DNA of 64,000 bases from an uncultured Alphaproteobacteria bacterium (lineage in GTDB: Bacteria; Pseudomonadota; Alphaproteobacteria; Rhizobiales; Xanthobacteraceae): assembly GCA_963772885.1 (NCBI GenBank), contig CAVYZC010000009.1:133751-197750 (forward strand), written 5' to 3'. The notes under the pieces are model-generated. The model worked only from the letters and a program-made list of their open reading frames with translations. It was not told where the DNA came from and did not search any database. Below, piece after piece: positions 56,463-64,000 of this stretch; the stretch's first letter is position 1, and each line of letters begins with the position of its first letter. The translations under genes were made by a program, and so were the position numbers.

Positions 56463-57842
56463 ATGCCCGTCAACATCCTCATGCCCGCGCTCTCTCCGAC
56501 GATGGAGAAGGGCAATCTTGCCAAGTGGGTGAAGAAGGAAGGCGACAAGGTGAAGCCCGGCGACGTGATCGCCGAGATCGAGACCGACAAGGCAACGATG
56601 GAGGTCGAGGCGGTCGACGAAGGGGTGCTCGCCAAGATCGTGGTGCCCGAGGGCACGCAGGACGTGCCGGTGAATCAGCTCATCGCCGTGCTCGCGAGCG
56701 AGGGCGAGGACCCGAAGGCGGTCGCGGGCGGGGTCGGGGCGGCGAAGCCGGTGGCCAAGGCAGCGCTTAAACCGCAAGTCATTTCCCCCTCACCCCAACC
56801 CTCTCCCCAACGGGGAGAGGGAGCTGCTCCGGTGCGAGTTGCTCCACCCGTCACCTCTCCCCAGCGGGGAGAGGTCGCTGCGCGAAGCGCGGCGGGTGAG
56901 GGGGCACGAACGAACGGCCAGGGCACGCGCATCTTCGCCTCGCCTTTGGCGCGGCGACTGGCGAAGGAATCCAATATCGATCTCGCGCGTCTCGCTGGCT
57001 CCGGTCCGCACGGGCGGATCGTCGCCAGCGATATCGATGTGGCGAAAAAAGGCGGCGCAGCATTGCGCGCACCGGGAGCGGCGCCCGCGATCCAGGCACC
57101 GTCCGACGCGCAGATTCGCGCGCTCTATGACGAGGGCAGCTACGAGTTCGTGCCGCATGACTCGATCCGCAAGACCATCGCGCGGCGGCTGGTCGAGTCC
57201 AAGCTCACGATCCCGGCCTACTACCTGACAATCGATTGCGAGCTCGACGCGCTCATGAAAGCGCGCGAGGAGATCAATTCCTCGGCGCCCAAGGTCGACG
57301 GCAAGCCGCGCTTCCGGATCTCGGTCAACGATTTCATCATCAAGGCGATGGCGCTGGCGCTCATTAAAACTCCTAACGCCAACGTGACCTGGACCGAGGC
57401 CGGCATGCTCAAGCACAAGCACGCCGATGTGGGCGTGGCGGTCGCGCTCGACGGCGGGCTCGGCCTGATCACGCCGATCGTGCGGCGGGCCGAGGAGAAG
57501 ACGCTCTCGGTGATCTCCAACGAGATGCGCGACCTCTCCGTGCGGGCGCGGGCGAAGAAGCTCAAGCCGCACGAGTTCCAGGGCGGCGCCACCTCGATCT
57601 CGAATCTGGGCATGTACGGCATCCGCGACTTCATCGCCGTGATCAACCCGCCGCAATCGAGTATCCTGGCGGTCGGCGCGGGCGAGGAGCGCATGGTGGT
57701 GAAGAAGGGCAAGCCCGCGGTGGCGACCGTTATGACGGTGACGTTGTCGGGCGACCACCGCGCCATCGACGGCGCGCTCGGCGCCGAGCTGCTCGGCGCC
57801 TTCAAGGGCTACATCGAGCACCCGGTCGAGATGCTGGCGTGA
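56463..57842 (+). CDS. pdhC: Pyruvate dehydrogenase E2 (dihydrolipoamide acetyltransferase)
   Basis: Lipoyl domain ([15 protein letters not shown]). Subunit-binding domain (IFASPLARRLAKESNIDLARLAGSGPHGRIV). Catalytic domain ending in LSGDHRAIDGALGA. The frame is intact. Confidence 0.95.
   Translation: MPVNILMPALSPTMEKGNLAKWVKKEGDKVKPGDVIAEIETDKATMEVEAVDEGVLAKIVVPEGTQDVPVNQLIAVLASEGEDPKAVAGGVGAAKPVAKAALKPQVISPSPQPSPQRGEGAAPVRVAPPVTSPQRGEVAARSAAGEGARTNGQGTRIFASPLARRLAKESNIDLARLAGSGPHGRIVASDIDVAKKGGAALRAPGAAPAIQAPSDAQIRALYDEGSYEFVPHDSIRKTIARRLVESKLTIPAYYLTIDCELDALMKAREEINSSAPKVDGKPRFRISVNDFIIKAMALALIKTPNANVTWTEAGMLKHKHADVGVAVALDGGLGLITPIVRRAEEKTLSVISNEMRDLSVRARAKKLKPHEFQGGATSISNLGMYGIRDFIAVINPPQSSILAVGAGEERMVVKKGKPAVATVMTVTLSGDHRAIDGALGAELLGAFKGYIEHPVEMLA
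56785..56904. repeat. A/B-family palindromic repeat element embedded in frame in the pdhC linker
   Basis: The outer pair ccccctcaccc (56785) / gggtgaggggg (56894) encloses ccctctcccc aa cggggagaggg (56799-56821) and cctctcccc ag cggggagagg (56854-56873). 120 nt equals 40 codons. Confidence 0.75.
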
Positions 57843-58321
57843 TACGCATGACCGACCAAACCCGCACGCGCGACACCCTGATCACCTACTTCCCGATGTT
57901 CATCGCGACGATCTCGGTCGTGGCGTCGTTCTATAGCGTCTGGCTGTTCGCGCGCAGCGTCGAGGTGATGCAGCGCAACGTCGATCGCGGCGAGATCATG
58001 CGCGCGTGCAAGGACGTCATCGACAACTACTTTCAGATCAAGGTGAAGGCCGAGCTGATCGCGGCGGGAGGGCCCGCAGCGGCTGCGGCCGCGAACGAAG
58101 CGGCGACTTCGGTCGCCAAGTTCGGTGCGCTCGGCACTTACCTGGCCAATTTCGGCGACGAGGCGGCGCGCGTGCGCTACACGCAACTCTCGCACGAGCT
58201 GGCGCGCATCGTTGCTGCCGCGCGCACGACACCACCGCAGAACATCGACAAGCTGTTCGAGCCGGCCGAGAAGCTGTTCGCCACGCTGAACGACGATTGC
58301 GTGCGTACGGCGCATCGGTGA
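57839..58321 (+). CDS. Hypothetical membrane-anchored protein
   Basis: 160-aa ORF with one TM (ITYFPMFIATISVVASFYSVWLF) and a helical remainder. The GTG overlaps the pdhC stop, and an alternative ATG is at 57848. No family recognised. Confidence 0.45.
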   Translation: MIRMTDQTRTRDTLITYFPMFIATISVVASFYSVWLFARSVEVMQRNVDRGEIMRACKDVIDNYFQIKVKAELIAAGGPAAAAAANEAATSVAKFGALGTYLANFGDEAARVRYTQLSHELARIVAAARTTPPQNIDKLFEPAEKLFATLNDDCVRTAHR

Positions 58322-58340
58322 TGTAGCGCGGGATCGAGCC

Positions 58341-58931
58341 ATGCCGCGCATGCGGCCAGCCCGACGGGAAGACGCCGACGTGCTCGCCCGGCTGACCGAT
58401 ATGGCCGGCCACGGCCTTCCGTCTCACCTCTGGGCCGAGGCGGCGGCTGCGGGCGAGTCGCCGCTCGACGTCGGCCGCCACCGCGTCGAGCGCGAGGAAG
58501 GCAATTTGTCTTTTCGGAACGCCTGGGTGATCGAATCCGCCGGCGCGGTCGCCGCGGGATTGATCGGTTACCGGCAGCCCGAGCCCTATAGTCTCGACGG
58601 TCTCGAAACGTTTCCGCCCGTCGTCCAGCCGCTGGTGCGGCTCCAGGCTTTCGCGCCGGGAAGCTGGTACGTGCACATCGTGGCCGTGTTGCCGGAGCAC
58701 CGCGGCAAGGGACTGGGCAGTTTGCTATTGGCCGATGCGGAGCGGCGTGCGCATGAGGTTGGCGCGCGTTCGCTCAGCCTCATCGTGGCGTCGGAGAACC
58801 CGAGCGCGCTGCGCCTCTACGAGCACGTCGGCTATCGTGCGCTCGCGCGCCGCCCGGTCGCTGGATTTTCCGGGTTCCACGGCGGCGATTGGGTGCTGAT
58901 GACCAAGCCGGTCGAGGTGCTGGCCCGCTAG
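58341..58931 (+). CDS. GNAT-family N-acetyltransferase
   Basis: Intact 196-aa ORF with the acetyl-CoA motif VAVLPEHRGKGLGSLLLADAERRA and ALRLYEHVGYRA. Confidence 0.85.
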   Translation: MPRMRPARREDADVLARLTDMAGHGLPSHLWAEAAAAGESPLDVGRHRVEREEGNLSFRNAWVIESAGAVAAGLIGYRQPEPYSLDGLETFPPVVQPLVRLQAFAPGSWYVHIVAVLPEHRGKGLGSLLLADAERRAHEVGARSLSLIVASENPSALRLYEHVGYRALARRPVAGFSGFHGGDWVLMTKPVEVLAR

Positions 58932-60798
58932 GATCGCGCGGCTTCGCTCGCGTTGCGCCGCGCCAAGTATTGAGTTGCCGCCACTACGGCGACGAGCGCC
59001 GCGCCGATCGCCGAGGTCAGGATTCCCGGATCGATCAGGAGCAGTCCCGCGACGACCAGCACCGCGCTCTGCCAGTAGGAGGACGCGGTCAGGAAATAGC
59101 CGTGCAGGCCGGCGGCGAAGATGATGACGCCGGCGGTGGCCGTCATGCAGGCCCAGACGATCGTGCTCCAGGGGCCGATGGCCAGCAGCGCCGGCTCGTA
59201 TACGAACATGAACGGCACGATGAAGCTCGTGGCGGCGATCCGCATCGCGGCCCAGCCGGTGATCCAGAGATCCGACTTAGCGAGCCCCGCGGCGGCGTAG
59301 ACCGCGAGCGCCACCGGCGGCGTGATCGCCGAGAGGATCGCGAAATAGAAGGCGAACATATGCGCGGCGGGCGGAATCACGCCGAACTTGATGATCGCGG
59401 GCACCAGCAGCGCGGTCATGATGATGTAGGCCGGCGTCGTCGGCATGCCCATGCCGAGCACGATGCCGGCGACCATGGTGAGCAGGAGCGCGACCAGGAG
59501 CGCGTTCTGCGCCAGGTTCACCACGTATTGGGTGAATACGATGCCGAGCCCCGAGAGCGTCACCACGCCGATCACGATGCCGGCGCAGGCGCAGGCCAGC
59601 GCGACGGGCAGCGCGTTCTTTGCGCCGTCGACGAAGGCCTCGATGATGTTCCCGAACGTCACGTAGTGGCGCGTGGTCTTGCGCAGTAGCGCCACGGGGA
59701 AACAAGCGAGCGTCCCGGCCAGCGCGGCGAGCGGCGCGCTGTAGCCCGAGTACATCACGAACAGGATTACGAAGACCGGGATGAACAGGTGCCCGCGCTC
59801 GCGCATGATGTTCTTCATGCGCGGCAATTCGGAGCGAGGCACGCCGACCAACCCGCGCCGCTTGGCCTCGAAATGAACCGCGGCGAAACAGGCGGCGTAA
59901 TAGAGAAGCGACGGGATGATCGCCCAGACAACCACCTGGAGGTACGGGACTCGCCAGGAACTCGGCCATGACGAAGGCGGCGGCGCCCATGATCGGCGGC
60001 ATCAGTTGTCCGCCGGTCGAAGCGACCGCCTCGACGCCGGCGGCAAAATGCGGCGGGAAGCCCGAGCGTTTCATCAGCGGAATGGTGATCGGCCCGTCGA
60101 CCATGACGTTGGCGACGGCGCTTCCGGAAATGGTGCCGAACAGCGCCGAGCTCACGCAGGACACCTTGCCGGGCCCGCCGGCGGTGTGGCCGGTGAGGCT
60201 CATGGCGAAATCCATGAACAGCTGGCCGGTGCCGGTGCGCTCCATGAAGCTGCCGAACAGCACGAAGATCAGCACATAGGCGGCCGAGACCGAGAGCGGA
60301 ATTCCGAAAATGCCCTCGGTGGTCATGTAGAGCTGGTCGAGCATGCGCATCGGCTCGAGCCGGGCGATGAACAGCCCGTAGAACAGGAACACCAATGCGG
60401 TGATCGGCAGCGCCAGCCCGATGACGCGGCGCGTGCCTTCCAGCACGACGACGATCATGATCACGCCGAGGATCATGTCGGCCAGGACGTCAGGTCGTCG
60501 ATGTAGAAGATGCGGGTGACGATGTATTCGTAGTTGACGAAGAGATAGAGGATCGGCACGGCGCCGAGCACGAGCAGCGCGTAATCGAGAGCGCTCGGGC
60601 AGTTGGCCTTGCTCGGCGTGCGTTGCGCGATAGATCAGGAAGGTCAGCACCATCGCGAACAGCAGGTGCGTACCGCGGAACAGGATCGCCTCGGGCGCTG
60701 CCGAAGGCGATGACCCACATGTGATAGAGGCCCATGGCGACCGCGATCAGCGTGATCGCGAGGCGCAATAGCCCACCGTAAGTGAGATCGAGTTTCAT
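58928..60798 (-). CDS. TRAP transporter fused permease (TAXI-associated 4TM/12TM type; at least 4 apparent indels)
   Basis: The C-terminal 335 aa are intact in ORF 58928..59935. The middle is in ORF 59277..60653 (GTISGSAVANVMVDGPITIPLMKRSGF). The N-terminus MKLDLTYGGLLRLAITLIAVAMGLYHMW starts from the ATG at 60798. Its stop shares CTAG with the convergent GNAT stop. Confidence 0.85.
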
Positions 60799-60854
60799 GC
60801 TGGCCCGCCCCCGGCGAGACGCCGGCGGGATGTCCCCCGCCGGCGTGTTACGCG

Positions 60855-61812
60855 CTAGTGGGTGGCGACAGTGATGCCGGCTTCCTTGTAGTATCTCGCG
60901 GCGCCGGGATGGAACGGAACGCCGATATCCTCGGCCATCCTCTTGGGCGTCAGGCCCGCGATGATCCTTGTACGACCGCGGCAAGCGAGACAGACGTTCT
61001 GCGCCATGGTCTTGGTCATGGCGTAGACCGACGTCGGCCGGCAGCTTGCAGGAAGCGACGATGTGCGTGGCGTAGCCGATCACCTGCACGTCCTTGTCCT
61101 GCTTCGGATAGGTGCCCTTCGGCACGGTGACCAGCGTGTAGCCGGGATTGAGCTTGCTCATGGCGTCGAGGTTGTCGGCAAGGTCGAGCAGCTTGATGTC
61201 GCGCGCGGACGCGAGATCCATCACCGCGCCGGCGGGATCGTCGTGCCGAGCGTCGAAGGCCACGGCGTGACCGTCCTTCATCTGGGACACCGAGTCGTAT
61301 AGGACACGAAGCTCATCTTCACGTCGTTGTAGGTGAGGCCGTTCACCTGCAGGAGCTGCTGGGTGATCAGCTCGCCGGTATTGCCGCGCTGCTGGGTGGT
61401 GATGCCTTTGCCCTTGAGGTCCTTGACGCCGTTGATGCCGGCGTCGGCCGGAACGACGAGCTGGTAATATTGCGGATAGAGCGTCGCGATGTTGCAGACA
61501 TTGGTGTGCGGCTTGTTGAACGGCGCGTCTGCCGGCGATCGCGTCGACGGTCGAGATCGAATTGCCGAAGCCGATTTCGGTCTTGATTTCCTCGATGCCG
61601 CGCACATTGGCGATGCCGGCGCCCGGCAGCGCTCTGGACGGTGAGGCCGGGGACGGCCTTCTCCCACAGGTCCTTGAGCTGGCCGCCGAGCGGGATCCAG
61701 ACGCCGCCCTGTGGGCCGGTCATGAATCAGAGCTCGACCGCGGCCGAGCCGGCGCTGCCAGCGCCAAGACGAGCGCGCCCGCGAGGGCATAGGTGCTGAA
61801 TTGCCGTTTCAT
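60855..61812 (-). CDS. TAXI-family TRAP transporter solute-binding protein (at least 5 apparent indels)
   Basis: Signal peptide MKRQFSTYALAGALVLALAAPA from the ATG at 61812. The fragments NIATLYPQYYQLVVPADAGINGVKDLKGKGITTQQRGNTGE, MKDGHAVAFD and LNPGYTLVTVPKGTYPKQDKDVQVIGYATHIV are spread over three frames. The tail is ...YYKEAGITVATH. Confidence 0.8.
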
Positions 61813-62031
61813 CGCGTTTCTCCCCATGGATTTGTTGCGGGCGTTCTGATGACCCGTACGTGCTGCGAAGGTACGCTGGCGGGGCGGCATCCCACAAGGG
61901 AGCGCGGCCAGGCCGACGAAGGGGTACCGCGGGCGCAGTCCAGTCATGCCGGGGAGGGCATTGCCTTTGGGCGCGCATTCTCCGAACTGATAAGAAGCGA
62001 GCGCAGCAAGTAAGCGGCTGAAGAGGACAGG

Positions 62032-63428
62032 ATGGCTGAGACCAGCTTTGACGTACTCGTGATCGGCGCCGGTCCGGGCGGCTACGTGACGGCTATTCGG
62101 GCTGCGCAGCTCGGCTTCAAGACCGCGATCGTCGAGCGCGATCAGCTGGGCGGCATCTGCCTCAACTGGGGCTGCATTCCGACCAAGGCGCTGCTGCGCT
62201 CGGCCGAGATCTATCACTACATGACGCACGCCAAGGACTACGGGCTCACGGCTTCGAACGTGGGCTTCGATCCGGCCGCCGTGGTGGCGCGCTCGCGCGC
62301 GGTCGCCAAGCAGCTTTCGAACGGCGTCGGCTTTCTTGATGAAGAAGAACAAGATCACGGTGATCGAGGGTGCTGCGAAGATCAGCAAGCCCGGCGAGGT
62401 CGCGGTCGAGGGCAAGGGCGCCGGGAAATATCAGGCCAAGCACATCATCGTCGCCACCGGCGCGCGGCCGCGGGTGCTGCCCGGCATCGAGCCGGACAAG
62501 AAGCTGATCTGGACCTATTTCGAGGCCATGGTGCCGGAGAAAATGCCGAAGTCGCTGCTCGTCATCGGCTCGGGCGCGATCGGCATCGAGTTCGCGAGCT
62601 TCTACCGCACGCTCGGCAGCGAAGTGACGGTCGTCGAAGTGCTGCCGCAGATCCTGCCGGTCGAGGACGAGGAGATCGCGGCCTTCGCGCGCAAGCGTTT
62701 CGAGAAGCAGGGGATCAAGATCCTCACCGGCGCGAAGGTGAGCGGCGTGCAGAAGAAGAGCGATTCGCGTCGTCGCCACGATCGAGGACGCCAAGGGCGC
62801 GAAGCAGACGATCGAAGCCGAGCGGGTCATTTCCGCGGTCGGCGTCGTCGGCAATATCGAGAACCTCGGGCTCGAGGCGCTGGGCGTGAAGACCGAGCGC
62901 GGCACGATCGTCATCGACGGCTTCGGGCGCACCAACGTGGCCGGCATCTACGCCATCGGCGACGTGGCCGGGCCGCCCATGCTCGCGCACAAGGCCGAGC
63001 ACGAGGGCGTCGTCTGTATCGAGGCGATCAAGGGGCTGAAGCCGCACCCGCTCGACAAGCTGAAAATCCCCGGCTGCACCTATTGCAGTCCGCAGATCGC
63101 CTCCGTCGGCCTTACGGAAAAAGCCGCAAAGGAAAAAGGCCGCGAAATCCGCGTCGGCAAGTTCCCCTTCCTCGGCAACGGCAAGGCGATCGCGCTCGGC
63201 GAGCCCGATGGGCTGGTCAAGACGATCTTCGACAAGAAGACCGGCGAGCTACTCGGCGCGCATCTGGTCGGCGCCGAAGTCACCGAGCTGATCCAGGGCT
63301 TCATGATCGCGATGAATCTGGAGACCACCGAGGAAGAGCTGATCCACGCCGTGTTCCCGCATCCGACGCTCTCGGAAATGATGCACGAGAGCGTGCTCGA
63401 CGCCTATGGACGCGTGATCCATGTTTAA
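62032..63428 (+). CDS. lpdA: Dihydrolipoyl dehydrogenase (E3; apparent indels near 62335 and 62765)
   Basis: FDVLVIGAGPGGYVTAIRAAQLG and the redox disulfide GGICLNWGCIPTKALL in ORF 62032... LLVIGSGAIGIEFASF in ORF 62336... GIYAIGDV and HAVFPHPTLSEMM in ORF 62886..63428. Confidence 0.93.
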
Positions 63429-63450
63429 TCCTTGGATGGTATAAGAACCC

Positions 63451-64000
63451 ATGGCCGTCGTGCTCGACACGTTGAAGGGCGTCCGCCCGCGCCACCCGGA
63501 AAAGGTGAGGCGGCCGGACAGCTTTGCGCCGCCCAAGCCCGACTGGCTGCGGGTGAAGGCGCCGGGTCCCGGCGCGTTCGCCGAGACCAGCAAGATCGTG
63601 CGCGAGCAGGGGCTGCATACGGTTTGCGTCGAGGCCTCGTGCCCGAACATCGGCGAGTGCTGGGCGGTGCGGCACGCGACGTTTCTCATTCTCGGCGACG
63701 TGTGCACGCGCGCCTGCGCCTTCTGCAACGTGAAGACCGGATTGCCCGACGCGCTCGATCAAGCCGAGCCGGAGCGCGTCGCCGAAGCCACCGCCAAGCT
63801 CGGGCTGAACCACGTGGTGGTCACCTCGGTGGACCGCGACGATCTGGCCGACGGCGGCGCCGAGCATTTCGCGCGCACCATCCGCGCGATCCGCGAGGCC
63901 AGCCCCGGCACCACGATCGAGGTGCTGACGCCCGATTTCCTGCGCAAGGACGGTGCGCTCGAACAGGTCGTCGAGGCGAAGCCCGACGTGTTCAACCACA
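63451..64000 (+). CDS. lipA: Lipoyl synthase, N-terminal part (runs off the window; not in the ORF track because no stop is reached)
   Basis: My own translation from the ATG at 63451 gives [23 protein letters not shown]...[13 protein letters not shown]...[14 protein letters not shown] (radical-SAM CxxxCxxC)...[19 protein letters not shown]. Confidence 0.92.
   Translation, partial: MAVVLDTLKGVRPRHPEKVRRPDSFAPPKPDWLRVKAPGPGAFAETSKIVREQGLHTVCVEASCPNIGECWAVRHATFLILGDVCTRACAFCNVKTGLPDALDQAEPERVAEATAKLGLNHVVVTSVDRDDLADGGAEHFARTIRAIREASPGTTIEVLTPDFLRKDGALEQVVEAKPDVFNH

Noticed and set aside
57839-58931. GNAT-type toxin-antitoxin pair (upstream small ORF plus GNAT)
   Set aside because: The upstream protein is 160 aa with a TM helix and no RHH/DUF1778-like DNA-binding N-terminus. 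The GNAT is larger than typical TacT/AtaT toxins, and there is a 19-nt gap rather than coupling. The architecture does not fit.

Overview
High-GC alphaproteobacterial chromosomal segment. Gene order and repeat content look like Hyphomicrobiales (Rhizobiales), Bradyrhizobiaceae/Nitrobacteraceae type, but I cannot name the species. Most of it is core housekeeping. Plus strand: lolE(3' end)-lolD, dnaE, rpsB-tsf-pyrH-frr-uppS-cdsA-dxr-rseP-bamA-lpxD-fabZ-lpxA-lpxI-lpxB. Then gltA (-), followed by a ~8.5 kb visibly lower-GC accessory islet (TetR + CocE/NonD hydrolase, methyltransferase, nitroreductase, three small ORFs, P-type ATPase). Next come gltX (-) / glnS (+), comEC, and lexA with an SOS box. 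A minus-strand block follows: ppiD-like / trpE / [PemK-MazF toxin-antitoxin] / trpG-trpD-trpC / moaC / moeA. After a 1 kb repeat-rich non-coding gap come tpiA-secG-pyrG, a VOC protein, an XRE-type HTH ORF running in frame into kdsA, queF (-), eno and ftsB. The window ends with the pyruvate dehydrogenase cluster pdhA-pdhB-(small ORF)-pdhC ... lpdA-lipA, interrupted by a hypothetical/GNAT/TAXI-TRAP wedge. I recognised no rRNA, tRNA, CRISPR, transposase or integrase. Three families of short palindromic intergenic repeats are scattered through the window, and one copy lies in frame inside pdhC. By my reading, 24 of 59 protein genes need one or more single-base frame corrections, including essential genes. 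The sequence therefore most likely carries uncorrected consensus indels, and the boundaries of those genes are approximate. The most interesting items are: (1) the HTH-kdsA in-frame arrangement with a palindromic operator; (2) the in-frame repeat element in the E2 linker; (3) a TA cassette wedged into the trp operon; (4) an FNR/FixK-type box ahead of a small membrane protein plus P-type ATPase; (5) a ~0.5 kb hairpin-dense orphan segment between ppiD and tpiA. Nothing could be checked by database search; all family calls rest on motif recognition in the supplied translations.
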